Source: Torpedo marmorata (lineage: Eukaryota). Taken from it: a stretch of 64,000 nucleotides of DNA. The DNA lies in contig OZ360228.1 in NCBI GenBank assembly GCA_977017645.1, forward strand, positions 122,822,001-122,886,000, read 5' to 3'. Positions 1 through 13,091 of this stretch are shown here, piece after piece. The notes beneath the pieces are model-generated. The model saw only the letters and a list, made by a program, of their open reading frames with translations, ran no database searches and was not told the origin of the DNA. Numbering within the stretch: position 1 is the first letter of the stretch; each line of letters begins with the position of its first letter. Made by a program: the position numbers and the translations under genes.

Positions 1-1375
1 CAAAGCAGATGACAAAAGAAATAACTAAAGTTTATAGAGAATAAGAAGTAATGTAATGAGAAGATGAGATGAGTATGAGGCATTGAAAACATTTCCTGGT
101 GAGAAATACTTCCTTTGTACCATGCACTCTCAAGCTTTTGTTACAATTGGCCTTGCAAAGATTTTCTTCTATTGACCTTACTCCATAGGGGGGGGCGGGG
201 GGAATCACAAAGAACAGGCAAGGTTTTGTGCTTTTATTTGATCCTAAGTTTTAGGTCTGAGATGGCTGTCTGTTCACCCCTGCTGTGGTCCTTGATATAT
301 GGGCCTGGGATTAAATCACCAGTGTAGCACTGAAAATTCTACAACCACCTTATTAACTTTAGTCATTTACTGCATTAGAATTCTCAGTTGCAGGGTTCAT
401 AAAAAATAACTGAGTAGAAACTCATATGGTTCACAAAAAGAAATCGGCTGTGTTTACCTGATCTGGAATATATATACTGTAACTTCAGACCCAATGCAGG
501 AATGTGGTCAGCTCTTCATTGCAAGCCATTCAGTTGCAACACAAGGTCAATGTTAGGGGCTAGAGCAGTTCAAGAAGCCAGCTGACCACCACCTCCTAAA
601 GAGCTATAAGAGATGGGCAATTAATACTGCCCTTGTCAGCAATGCCCACATCCTGAAAGTAGCACAAATAAAAATCCAGCTGGTGCACTGATTTAATGTG
701 GAGTTTGGCAATGAAAAATGAATTATCATTATTATTGTACCAAGTTAACAACCAGCAAGGTTTTTAAAACTGTTTATGAGCACCGCAGAAGAAAGTAAAA
801 CCTTCCCACGTGCTTTAATACTGGCGGGCTATTAAAAACTTCCAAAGAAAGCAAAAAATTATGATATTAAATCACACTGTCTGTAACATTATTTGAACCT
901 TGGCATTATAACTTTCAGCATACTATTGGGTATCTTTTATTAGACAGGACAGCTTCAAGAGTGGAAGCTGGGAAATGTTATTGTGCATATTTTTGGTCTT
1001 CAGAGACCTTTTTGATGACATAGGCATTTGGACGTCCTAATGTGAAAATCATGTCTCACTGTTGTTTTATTGTTTTTAGCTGTCATTGAAGCTTCGGTAA
1101 ACTTGCTTATTTTTAATCAGATAATTCAGTCTCCATTATTGTGCTCGAGACAGGAAAGTTAAGACGAAGTTACAATTGATGGACACTGGATGCAGAGATG
1201 ACCAGAAATACCCTTGGCTATACTATATTTATCCAAGCATATTCTAAATTGCCCTATTTGTGTACCTGAGAGACCACAACAGTGTGAGTTTTCCCATTGT
1301 ACCCAATATTATACCCAGCACTCTCAGGTCAGACCCAAGTTATACCATTTTTCCGACCATTTTAATTTGGCACAT

Positions 1376-1740
1376 TTTTCCCTGGAGTGTAGAGGCTGAG
1401 GGGGGAATCTTATATTTTCAAAAATCATGAGGAACATGAACAATATGAATTGTTAGTCTTTTCCCGGGGGAGTATAAAACTAGAGGGTGAGAGGGGAAAG
1501 ATTGAACGTGGACCTGAGGGGCAGCTACTTCACAGAAGGTGGCGGGTATGTGGAATGAATGTCAGAGGAAGTGGTAGAGGTGGTACAATTACAATATTTA
1601 GAAGACATTTGGACAGGTACACAGATAGGAAAGTGGTTGAGGGACATGTGCCAAACACAGGCAAATAGAACTAGCTCAGGTAGACATGGACAAATTGGGC
1701 TGAAGGGCCTGTTCCAATGCTGTATACCTGTGACTGAATC
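1376..1740 (+). mobile_element. CR1-type LINE 3' fragment
   Basis: Degenerate ORF2 end (FSLECRG...; FRRHLDRY) and 3' tail gggctgaagggcctgtt shared with other copies. Confidence 0.75.
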
Positions 1741-2674
1741 ATCCTCTCAACATTACCCAACTTTTTCAGCCTTGTCTCTGCTGACTCTAACTTATTGTCA
1801 TTTCCATTGTATATTTCATGCCTCCGTCGAGGAGACTCATGTTTACTTCTGCTAATTTTGACTTGCTGGTCAACCAAATGTTTTAATGATATGGGAGAAT
1901 ATTCTCTGATTTTAAAAAAACGGCCTTCAGCCTTTTGGAAAAGATTGCAAGATATTATTTTTCTCGGTCATGATTTTGTTAATCACTTCCTTGCGCACTT
2001 AGCTCAACGATTGGCACCTTCCCCTTGCCTTCCTCTTCTGCGCAGATGTGCCTTGTTGCCACTGTTCATTTTACAAGACACGCTGGAACTCAAAACACTC
2101 CTATTGAGTAAGTTTTCCTTCCAGGTAAAGCAACCCTCTTCCACAAGGCATCTGTCTGAGCTTTGCTCTGCCTGTCACTGCATTGGGTGATACCTAAATC
2201 TGTGTAACGAATGCAAAATTAAGCCCCTCATAATATTCTCAGATCGCTCTCCAAAACAGATTGACAGGAAAACAAAATAAAATCCATGCCCTTCAGCGTC
2301 AATCTTGAAAAGTCTCAGCTGTTTTCTGTCATGTTTAGAATAGACCCAGGTTTGGGATAAAAATTGTAATTTTAATTCATGTTTTAAATAAAGGAATCAT
2401 TTCAAGAAGTCGACACAGTAAAGCTCTTTTTATATAAATATAAGCAGTCAAATTCTTTTATTATAAAAACTTGGATAAACTGGTGCAAAGGAATATGAAG
2501 GAAAAACACAATTATATATTTTTTCTTTAAAAAGGGGACAGCTGTCTACCAAAAAGAAAGAGAAAATAAAACTATTTCGTTTGTGAGTGAAAAATGTACC
2601 AAAGGGATTTTATGTGTGCTTTACCCAAAGAATGAATTCTACTCAGAAGATACGAGTTGGGCTTGAAAAGGTCC

Positions 2675-2680
2675 TTTATT
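2675..2680 (-). terminator. Candidate polyadenylation signal AATAAA (alternatives at 2457-2462, 3048-3053)
   Basis: tttatt on the plus strand near the distal end of the TE-free, UTR-like region; usage not demonstrated. Confidence 0.35.
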
Positions 2681-3234
2681 AAAAGATGATTAAAATTTTT
2701 TTTTAAAACACGGTGTACTGTCTAATTCCCAATGATAACTTACATTATGCCTTTGATCACGAACAAACAGATAACCTATGAAACAAAACTGGCTGCTAAT
2801 GGCCCAGTCCAAGGATTGGGTGGACCTTTAGGACTTGGTGCCAGAGTGAATCGTACAAATGTTCCATCATCGTTTCCAGTGCTGTCTAATATTTTATCTC
2901 ACTCGGAATCGATTGTGCTTGACTTGACATGTCATTCCATCGGTTATACAGGTGCTAACTGCTAAGTATACACTGTTGAAAATGTACTGAAATGGGGAAA
3001 AAATAGGCAGAAAGGTAAAAGTTTGAAGATTGTAAAGATAACTTCTGATTTATTTTTTTTCACTTGAAAATGGGACAAACATTTTGGATGAGTGTATGAG
3101 TGAAATGGTAGACACAAGCTGAAAACAGTGTGGCTTAGGAAAGGGCTTGATTTTGTACAGAGAACAGAACAATAAATATTTCACAAAGCCAAGCTGATGT
3201 GACCTCTGGTCAACACTTCAACATAAAAAAAGGA

Positions 3235-3242
3235 TAAAGTGC
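3235..3242 (-). promoter_or_regulatory. 8mer seed match, miR-17/20/93/106 family (GCACUUUA)
   Basis: Plus-strand taaagtgc; relevant only if the UTR extends this far. Confidence 0.35.
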
Positions 3243-6200
3243 ATCTGTTTTAAACAGAGCACAACACAAGCAATAATAAATAGTTCAAACTTGTAGTATA
3301 AGACCAAATCTCAAGTTACAATAAAAAGCTCTAAATACAGAAATATAAAAAAAGCTAATAAAATATTTGCCTTGCCATTACAAATAGGTCCAACTCAAGT
3401 GGCATTGATTTGCTTTGCATTTTAAGTACAATTCTTAAAAATACAACAGCACCATTAAAGTGTTTGGTCATGATAAAAGAAACAAGCTGTGGACTGTATT
3501 TGACAGAGGCGGGATGAAACACGTGTTCTTGATCTTTGAATGTTTTATCAGAGTTTTGCTTCTCCTAAATGTCCACACAGGGCAGTTCACAATGTCGTCA
3601 AGCTTGTGGTAAAGGGGACTTGAGTTATGACACACCATGGTAAAAATGGATAGTGGCCTGGACATTAACCAGTGATGGACAAGGTCAGAGAATTAAATGC
3701 AACCATGTTAAAGGAGCAATCGCTGATGCTCAAGATTACCTGATATTAAATGGTCATATGGGTGGGGGGGGGAGAGAATGGGAGAACGGTGAGGAGGGCA
3801 TCTGTACCATTAAATGAGCCCACAGTTTTTGAACAAGTTTGCCGAAGTTCGGGGAAGCAGGTATTAACGTTCTCAACAGGAGCTTGTTGTGCAATTATCC
3901 TTGCTCCGTCTGGGGGAAGCTCATCAATCCCAGGTGATGACACCTGAGATTTTCAACAGGTGTTACCTTCAGTACTGCACATCCTCGGCTTTCCAATGAT
4001 GAGAAGTGACAACCTGGGCGAATAACAGAGGGTTTGTCCTTTTTGGTATTCCCATGCCTGATGGTGGCAGATCCCTCCCAGTCACTGCCCACATAAACAC
4101 CTTCTTCACTCTTTGAGAGCTGAAAAGGCATTGCCAAGGGACAGCTTTGTAACACAACGTTACATTCAGTTCCAAGCCTCCCTTCAGTGGCACATAACTG
4201 GAGGCACTTGAATTTCCTATATGGGCAGCTAAATGCCTGTTTCCCAGAATATTTTCTGCGGAGGTCACTTGATGATGCAACAAGCAAACACTGCCACTTT
4301 ATAGTGACCAAATAAACCCAGGCTGCGCTGGAAGGGTAACAGGTATAACTCTATTTGATGCCACTTTCAGTCCTCTCTTTTACAGCAGTGTGCAACATTT
4401 AAAGGTCTAAAGATTAGATTTTTCCTCTCGGAAGTGTATATAAAGATGGCACAATGGGACTCTCTAGGTCCAGGTTCTCTCCCACTGGATGTGCTGGGAA
4501 AACTTTGGTCAATGGACCAGAAGCCGCAAGAGGGGCTTTAAATACAGAGGTTAGCTCCACACGTGGTCATTCTGGGACAATCGTTACAACGCTGCTGCTG
4601 TTTGGCCAAATGTCAAAGCTGGCACTATTATGTCTGCTGCCTAAGCCAGGAGCGGTGTAAATTGTAGAGTGGAGGAGTTGCTACTCGCTCGGGTTTGGAA
4701 GGGCGCTCACCTTCATTCCACCTCATTGAGGACCTGCACTAGGTGCGATCTTGCAGGGAAAACAAGGGCAGCCTTGCGAGCAATGACCATCTCCCGAACC
4801 CTTAGAAATCTGGGGCAAATGAGCATGCCGACGCCTCGTGTTAATTAAAAAAATAATTAAAGTTATGTAACCTTCAACAGCTGACATAATCGACTCCAAG
4901 TGACAATAGTGGCAGAATGCATTCAAATCTCAACAGCATTTTATTTACAGGCAATGCATTAAAAGGGCTAAATAACAAACCTTACTAAGAACTGGCCATT
5001 TAAAGTCACTTCGTCTATAAGCAACTTAGATTAATAAATGCTGATCACATCATTAGGTAGTGGAGTTGTAATGTTTTAGATCTTCAAATATTACATTTAT
5101 CTCATGTACCAATTATTTGCTCAGAATGGTTGGTGTCCCTGTTTTTAGTGCAAATTTCAAAGTGTCAAAATACCAACGGTTTCATCCCACCTCTTTGCGA
5201 TTATCATTACAAACATTGAGGAACTGTGGAATGTGAAATTAGGAGTGAATGATCCTGTTAACACAAGAAACCCAATGGCAGCTTAGATCAACATATACTT
5301 GTACCTGTCTCAGGGTTTTATACAGCAGCAGATCAAGGAGGCCCGAAACCCAAATCCCCATGGAAACGTTGGACTAAACAGTATCATGCGCGCAACATGG
5401 ATGTATCAGGGACAAGAAAGGAAAGCACAGAACTACTGAAAGGTAGGTCCACTGTTGAGCAATGCAGTATATATTCACTGCCACTGATGGTCTCTTGCAT
5501 GAGTGACATCTAGTGGTTTCTAATACTGCACAAATTAATGAGTTAATCATTGATTTTTTTTCTTCGAGAAAGAACTGTCCATATATTTTACAAAACAAAT
5601 AAAAGGCAGAAATGCATCCAACTTGAGGAAAGCTCATCCCTGTGAACATACACCTGCCCAGCATGTGCACAACATCGACTCATCCACTGCTTTCCATGCC
5701 ACATACTGAATGATCCTTAAAGCAGCGCGAGATACATGTTTTGGGTCTTCATTCAGTGGAATTTACATTGATCTAACTGTGACCACAACGGATCGAAACA
5801 GAGTCTGTGTGAACAGGGAAGAGTGAAGGCAGCAAATCACAAAGAAAAGAAACTCAAAACAGACTGGCAAACCTGTAAACCATGCATATCCAACAGGGTG
5901 GAAAAGCTGGGTAATGCTGAGTAAGAGGGGAACTGTACAAATGAAAATCAAATTATCAGTGACCAGCAATGCATTTCCTAATTCCTTTTTGTAATTTTTT
6001 TAAACAAAAGGTCGTTACACGACCTTTTTTTTTTCTCCTGTACAATAAGATTTCAGAACATACAAATTATTTTTGCACTATTTTTATCCTGCCAAAATTA
6101 AAAAAATATATTATGGCAGCCTGTGTGTTTTTTTCTTCTAATCCACTACCAAAAAAAAGGTACGTTTCTTTTTGTTGTACCTTTAAAAGGACAAGCAAAC

Positions 6201-7823
6201 AGTTAAAAAATACAAGCTCCTGTATAAATACAGCAAGTGCCTACACTATTATGAACCAATACCAAGTAACCATTCCAGAGAAACAGAGGGAAAAAGTACA
6301 GGTCAGGAATGTGATTTAAGCAAAGCAATTACATGAATATGCACTTTTCTACTAATTGTTTTTTTTTGCCTACATATGGTAGCAGTAATCGTTCTTCCCA
6401 ATACAAGTTCTATACAATTTTTGAAAAAAGATAAAACACTCAAGGCAAAAAAGTCTACTAAAACTGATAGTCAATTAGACTTTACAATTACAGTGACAAG
6501 AACAATTAATTTTAGACCCACAAATTTACTGCAACAATTTCCATTTTTGAAAAAAAAATAATAAATTTTTTTTGTTTTTTTTTTCTCTCCATTTTGTAAA
6601 ATGCCCAGGCATTCTCCATTATTACAAATACTGGTACACTTTTACAGTGATCAAGAAACTGTAATATATATATTAAACCCCGTCACCAGTTGAACCAGAG
6701 AACCAATATACACATGGCCATAATGGCACCCATGTATTTACTAAGCAAACTTCGGAAAAAAAAAACCTCTTGATCATTCAACAAACACGCACGCACGCAC
6801 ACACAATATTTTTTTGTTTTTTTTCCACTCTTGTAGATATTCAATACTGTAAACTTATTCGAGACTGAGTGCACTAAATTCTGTTCAGAACCAAAAAAAA
6901 ATAAGGAGTAGCCATTGTTCCTGATGAGTAACTGTCTTTATGTTCTTGTTGGGATTCTGGAGGCATCTTTTAGTTTACTATTGAGCCTTGCTACAGTGGG
7001 GTTCCCACAGTTTAAGCAGCGTCCTGCAGTGTCAATTGATGAGCATAGATCGACAGACCAGTTTCCGAAGTTGATTAGCTGGGTGGGATGGGGATGGGTG
7101 GGTTAACTGGGGGTAAGGGATGCTGTCACATCTTCACCAACTTGTAGCGCCTGGCGTGGAAGGTCCGCTGATTGTTTTTTTTGTTTGTCTATAAATTCTG
7201 GATTGTTGGTGCATGTAGAACTCTAGAATCTAATGACGTACATCTTTCTCTTTGTTGTGTGATTTTTTTTTCCTCTCTTCTTCAAATCAGTACTTTTTTT
7301 TAAACTTCACAAAAAGTGGTTTTGCATTTGTCTCAGAGACTCATTAGGAAGATCAAATATTCAAGGCACTCATGTCAAATTGAATGGCAGTATAAAAACT
7401 GTCAACTGACATTAACTTTTTTTTAATATAGTGCCAGCATTGTGAATGCTACGCTAAGCAACACTGACACTTTAATCTCAGTTGTTCCCTAATGTATATC
7501 ATAACCCTTTTTGGACCATAGATTTCCCATAGTTTTTCTTGTTCAGAAGTCGCAGTTTCTATAATTAAAAAAACAAATATGTTAAGGTGCGGGTTCAAAA
7601 AAAGGAAATATCTCAGGTACAAATTTAGCTCTTTAAAACACAATGGCCACAGACCATCCATTCCTGTTGGCAAAATATCTGTGCATTTCTGCAATAATGC
7701 ATATCGCATGCAATCAGGCACAGATGTTTTGGTAGGCATTGGCAATAATGCACTTTAGACTTTGCTTGGCTTATGTTTGCTGTGTATCTTACTCACTAAT
7801 TAGTAACACAAACTAAAAGACCG

Positions 7824-7831
7824 TTATTGCT
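7824..7831 (-). promoter_or_regulatory. 8mer seed match, miR-137 (AGCAAUAA)
   Basis: Plus-strand ttattgct within the proximal 3' UTR. Confidence 0.45.
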
Positions 7832-8466
7832 TAGGTTAAGTTTCTGGTCGGTATCACTGGGCACTCGATAGTAAATTGCCTCTCTCATCTGTCTGCTCCT
7901 TTTCTTTCTTGAATCGTCATCAACTCGATTAGATTTAGCCAGGGGTGTCACTGACGAAAATCAACAACGGCAGTTCCAGACTCCAGTGGCTAGTAAGTTC
8001 AGTGCTACAATTCGAACCCAGTTAAGCGATTTAAAAAAAAACTAGTTAAGTGCTATGATTTAGGATTGTGATCCGCCGTGGTTCTCCTTTCTTCTTTAAA
8101 ACAGAAACACATTTTTTTTTTAATTTGTGCAAATCCAATCTGTCTCATCCCAGCCTTCCCCTCCCCCGACTCCCGAAACAAGAAAAGAAATGAAAGGAAT
8201 CAACAAACGCGGCTTCTATGCAAGAAATTACTGTGTTAACTATCCAATTCCAGATAAAGCAGCGGCCCCGGAGACGGGTTATTTTTACATAACTGCACCT
8301 CAAAATGCAAGTAATCTCAGGTTTTCGTTTTTTTTTTCTTAAAAAAAGAGGGTAAAAATCAAAAGGGATACCCTAAAAAAAAAAGTTTCAAACAACAAAA
8401 ATAAAAGAAAAAGTACCTGCACATGATGCTTGAAAAAATATTTAAAAAAACAATAAATACAGAAAT

Positions 8467-8474
8467 TATTGCAC
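8467..8474 (-). promoter_or_regulatory. 8mer seed match, miR-25/32/92 family (GUGCAAUA)
   Basis: Plus-strand tattgcac, about 220 nt after the stop codon. Confidence 0.55.
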
Positions 8475-8693
8475 AGTAGAAAAGGCTCAACATTATTTTA
8501 CTGCCTCTACATCACCCTCAGGTTTGATTGCGCTTCCCAGACACAAATTATACCTTGAAAATTAAGTGCCACGGTAGGCATTCTGGGCTGACTTTCTCAG
8601 CTGGCATTTAATTAAGCTTTACAATTGAATTTTTTTTTTTGTGTGTGTTTTTTTTTTGTTTTAAAACCAAGTCTCTTTTTACTTCAAGGAGCT

Positions 8694-10690
8694 TTAGCTT
8701 CTTTCTGCTTGTTCGATTTTAACGTCGCTCGTCAGCAAGTGTTCTCCGTGCCATTTTTTCATGTGTTTCTCAAGGGTGCTGTAAACGCTGAAGGGCATTT
8801 GACAAATGTCGCACCTGTAAACCTCCTTGCCAATCTGGCCGTGCGTTTTCATGTGACGTGTCAGCTTGCTGCTCTGGGCGCATGCATAGTTGCAGAGCTC
8901 GCATTTGTAAGGCCGCTCGCCCGTGTGGCTCCTGCGGTGCACTGTCAAGTTGCTGCAGTTTTTGAACACCTTGCCGCAGTACTCGCAGGTGTCGCTGCGG
9001 CGTCCTTCCTTGGAGCTCGGTCTGCCGGGGCCCGGGCCGCCCATGTGGGGAGTGCTGCCGCTGCTGGCGGTGCCGCTGCGGCCGGAGAGACCTCCGTCCA
9101 GCATGTCGCCGGGAGGGGTGGAGAACCTCAAGCTGTCGTTCTCCGAGGAGTGCTCCGAAGACGTGGCGAAGGGCGACTGTCTGGAGTCGCCGAACCCCAG
9201 GAAGGGATCTTTCATGAAGTGGCGGGACGCCGCGTAGCCCACCAGCCACTGGGAGTAAACGTTCTCAGAGGGGATGAGCGGTGCCGAGGACAGGTCCAGG
9301 TCTTTCTCCATCTTGATTCTCTTCGCGGAGGCGATCGACGGAGAGGGGCTGGCGATCAGGGGGGGCTTTCGAGGCAACATGATGGGGAAGGGCTCGCCGG
9401 GGCCAAAGCCTCGCCCATTCACCGCCCCGTCTTCGGGGCGATCTAGCTCCCCCGCCACGGAGTCTTCGTCCCCGGTGTCCCTCTGACCGTCCGACGGTCG
9501 CTTGGAGAAGATGCTGCGCTTCTGCTTGTCAGTGAGCACGTCGCTGTAATGCTGGATGGCGCGCAGGCCCACGTTCTCCATCACCTTGCCCAGGACGCAG
9601 TGCTTCTCGATGGCCGGCAGCTTGAAGCCGTTCTCCCTGTTGCGGCTCAGCTCGGAGTCCATGCTGAAGCTGGACTCGGGCCTGCTCTCGTTCTCCAGCT
9701 CCTCCTCCTCTTCCTCCTCCTCCTCCTCCTCCTCCTCCTCGTTCAGGAGGCCGGGGTTGAAGCCGGCGGCGCCACCCTTCAGTCCGCAGCCCTCGCCGCC
9801 GGCATGCTCGCTGGTGCCAGGCTCAGGGGAGCTGGTGGCGGAGAGCCCGTCGTCCGACCTGCCCGCCACCGAGGCGCTCTTGTGTATGTGAGTCTTCATG
9901 TGGCGCTTGAGCTTGCTGGCCTGGGAGCAGGCGTGGTCGCACAGTTGACACTTGTACGGCTTCTCGCCCGTGTGGCTGCGCCGGTGGACGATCAGGTTGC
10001 TCTGGAACTTGAAGGTCTTGCCGCAGAACTCGCAGGACTTGGTCTTGGCCTGCGACTGCGGCGGGGTCGTGCTGCTCGGCGGCATGGGGGGCAGCGGCGG
10101 CGTGCTCAGGAATGGCGACTTGGGGCTGGGCTGGAAGGGCTGCAGCAGGCGGTGCATAGGATTGTGCCGGCTTGGCGACAAGGGCGGGGTGGAACTGTTG
10201 TTCCCCGCCAGTTCCCGGAGCCTCCTGGAAAAGTCCATGGTCTGCGATTCCAGGCCCAGAGGGTGATTTAAGCGCATTACTCTGTCGAAGGCACTGTGAT
10301 GCTGAGAGACCAAGCTCATTTCGTCGGCACTAAGGCGGTCCAGGCGGTGGGGGTCGAGGTGATGCCGAGGGGGCGGGCTGAAGATGGGGGGAGTGTTGGG
10401 GAGGCGCCCGTCGCCGAAGCCTGGGTGCTCCTGGAGGATGGGCCCCGTCATCCGCAGCAGGTTGAAAGGGTTGCTGTCGCCCAGGAAGTTGGTGAGGGGC
10501 GACTGCGAGATAGGGTCCGGGCCCAGCGAGGGCGGGAGCCCAATCCGGGGAGTGAGGGGGCTGCTGGACGGGTGTGTCTCCAAGTAAATGCGGAATCCAT
10601 GTGTGTTCTGCGCATGCTGGAGGAGGAACCAGGCGTTCGAGAAAGGCTGCTTGCATGTTGTGCAAATGTAGCTTGAAGGCTCGTCTTTAC
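8694..10690 (-). CDS. BCL11B: BCL11B (CTIP2) terminal coding exon, C2H2 zinc-finger transcription factor; upstream exons not in window
   Basis: Acceptor ttttcgtgcAG at 10692-10691, then G|GT AAA GAC GAG = (G)[37 protein letters not shown], in frame with the 629-aa ORF to the stop at 8694. Contains the finger pair [21 protein letters not shown] / [21 protein letters not shown], a 14-Glu tract and three C-terminal fingers. The end [21 protein letters not shown] and GFRIYLE are BCL11B-type rather than BCL11A-type. SUMO consensus motifs IKME and VKIE are present. Confidence 0.97.
8900..10620. other. CpG/GC-rich island over the BCL11B terminal exon
   Basis: Visibly dense CpG and high GC3 against AT-rich flanks. 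Confidence 0.7.
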
Positions 10691-10872
10691 CTGCACGAAA
10701 ACAGAAGAGTCTCTGGTTACATCGATTGCACCTTCAACCCAGTGAATAATTCCAAATGTTTAGATATATTTATTACAAATAATATTGCACTATAATATCG
10801 TATGAATGTGATTTCTTGTAGTCACTGAATAAACTACCTTGGTTGAAGGAAAAAAAAACGGAGCACACACAT

Positions 10873-11383
10873 TCCCTTGCCGTCGTGTCTGTCCATGGTC
10901 TCATGCACTTCCAAACTGAGACCTCCCACAAATTGGAGGAACACCACCTCATGTTCCACCTGGGCACCCTCCAACCAGATGTCATCAACATCGACTTCTC
11001 CGGTTTCTGTTAGCCCCCACCCCATGTCTCCATTTTTTCTAGCTCTGTCTCTCTCTCTCTTTCCCTATCCATCTGTCTCCTTTCCTCCAGCTCTGCATAT
11101 TCACAGAGCCACCCCCCCTCCCCCGATTAATTCTCAGCGTTTTTTGCTCCTGCCCTCCTATCTATGTCAACCTGTGACCTCTTGGCTGTTGGCCTGTGCT
11201 CTTCCCCCGCCCCTTCTTCCCTCCTCCCCCCTACCTTTATATTCAGGCGCCTGCCTGCTTTTTGCTCATGCCTTGACGAAGGGCTCAGGCCCGAAACGTT
11301 GGTTATATATCGTTGCCTCCTATGGACGCTGCTGGACCTGCTGAGTATCTCCAGCACTTTTGTGTATTTACTACAATCACTCC
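10873..11383 (+). mobile_element. Penelope-like element 3' fragment (GIY-YIG C-terminus plus pLTR with hammerhead motif)
   Basis: 10870-11013 translates HSLAVVSVHGLMHFQTETSHKLEEHHLMFHLGTLQPDVINIDFSGFC*, typical of a PLE endonuclease end. Flanked by a 15-bp near-TSD acgg(a/t)gcacacacat at 10858-10872 and 11384-11398. Confidence 0.85.
11270..11303 (+). ncRNA. Minimal type-I hammerhead ribozyme-like motif (PLE-associated)
   Basis: GCC-UUGACGA-A-GGGC(UCAG)GCCC-GAAAC-GUU-GGU: core, stem II, palindromic ACGU stem III, short stem I. Confidence 0.6.
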
Positions 11384-12177
11384 ACGGTGCACACACATAC
11401 ACAATACACAGCACATAATATTCACATATACATACAGATATACGGTATGTGCCGTACATTGTGGGTGTATATGTGTGCACATTGTGTTCCTTCAACAAAG
11501 GCACTTTATTCATTGATTACAAGAAATCACATTTACTACAATATTACAGTACATCGGTTACACACTAATTTACACATTCAAATTATAACATGGTCATCAC
11601 CATCCAGAACACAGTCAAGCCCCTGTGTTGCCCACGGGTCCTTGAAACCCCCCCCCCCACCATCGCATCAGAAGACACCACGTTCTCCTTCTCTGGAGAC
11701 ACAGGTATGCCTGGAAGATGGGCAGGTGTGTATGCACTGTGGTCCGGAGAAAAGCCATTTCATCTGGTTGTATATGTACAGTCAGATGTTAATGAACCTG
11801 ATCTTCCTTTTATATGACTGCAGAAAAGCTCCTCACAGAACAGTTGGCAGACAGCGGAGAGTTGGGTTCCAAGGGCAAGTCGTAAAGGGGAGGGGAGGGA
11901 AAGAGCAACAGGGAGGGCATTATGGATCTGGCAAGTGCAGACAAAGTGGTCCATTCTGTGGCAATGGACATGGGACATGAGCAAGAGTTGAGGGGTGCAC
12001 GGATCTCACAGGGTTGCTGTCTGAAAGAGCTTGCAAGAATGGCGAAGGGGGGACAATGTCACAGAGAGTTCCTGATGATGGGATGAGGCTTTGAAGTGTG
12101 ACGTGTCCCCTGGCTGGTACGTAGCATGGGCCGGTGGGAGATGGACAAAGCAGGGCAGTAGTACTGAACAAGAAGTG

Positions 12178-12906
12178 AGACAATAGACAATAGGAGCTGG
12201 AGTAGGCCCTTCGGCCCGTTGAGCCAACACCGCCATTTTACAAATCATGGCTGATCACTACTATCAGTACCCCTTTCCAGCCTTATCCCCATAACCCTTA
12301 ACTCCCCTGCCCACTAGAGTCTTATCTAACTCTCTTTTGAACATAATCAGCGAATCTGCCTCTACCACCCTCTGTGGCAGAGCATTCTACAGATTCACAC
12401 TTCTCTGGGTAAAAAAAATTTTCCTCATCTCCGTCCTAAAGGGCCTTCCCTGTATTCTTAAACTATGCCCTCTAGTCCTCGTCTCTCCCATCATTGGGAA
12501 CAAGTAATCCGACTTCACCCTGTCTATCCCCTTGATAATCTTGTACACCTCAATCATGTCCCCCCTCATCCTTCTAAACTCCATCGGATATAAGTCCAGT
12601 TTTTCTAACCTTTCAGCATATGTCAATCCTGCCATCCCTGGAACTAACCTTGTAAATCTGTGCTGCACACCCTCTATAGTTAGTATGTCCTTCCTCAAAT
12701 TTGGGGACCAGAACCGAACGTAATACTCCAGGTGAGGTCTCACCAGGGCCCTGTACAACTGCAGAAGGGTGTCTCTGCTCCTATACTCCAATCCCCTCTT
12801 TATGAAAGCCAACATGCCATTTGCCTTCTTCACAGCTTTCTGAACCTGCATGTTAGCCTTCAGTGACCGGTGTACAAGTACACCCAGATCTATTTGCACT
12901 TCCCCA
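12178..12906 (-). mobile_element. CR1-type LINE, 5'-truncated ORF2 C-terminus and 3' tail
   Basis: ORF with DLGVLVH...KANGMLAFIKRG...YRALVRPHLEY...RGDMIEVYKI...TRGH. Confidence 0.9.
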
Positions 12907-13091
12907 CTCCGTAGCGAACCCCGAGACTGACGCCACCAGCTGTAGATGGACGAGAGTGGACCTGGAGTAAGATAGGAAACAGCTCTAAAGTCAGGGTAAC
13001 TGGGAGTCAACCTCACCTTTCTTGAGTGGTTCACGGTGTTCTCACTACTGCTGGGTAACTGGTCTGCAGAGGAATGGCAGGGGGTGTAGTG

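Larger units (their letters stand above)
2457..8693 (-). other. BCL11B: Probable long BCL11B 3' UTR (distal end uncertain)
   Basis: AU-rich and free of recognisable TEs directly after the stop; several miRNA seed matches; AATAAA hexamers on the minus strand at 2675-2680 and 2457-2462. Vertebrate BCL11B is known to have a multi-kb UTR. Confidence 0.55.

Noticed and set aside
8625-10676. Long plus-strand and alternate-frame ORFs (273, 240, 159 aa etc.) overlapping BCL11B
   Set aside because: Shadows of a high-GC3 coding exon; no recognisable domains.
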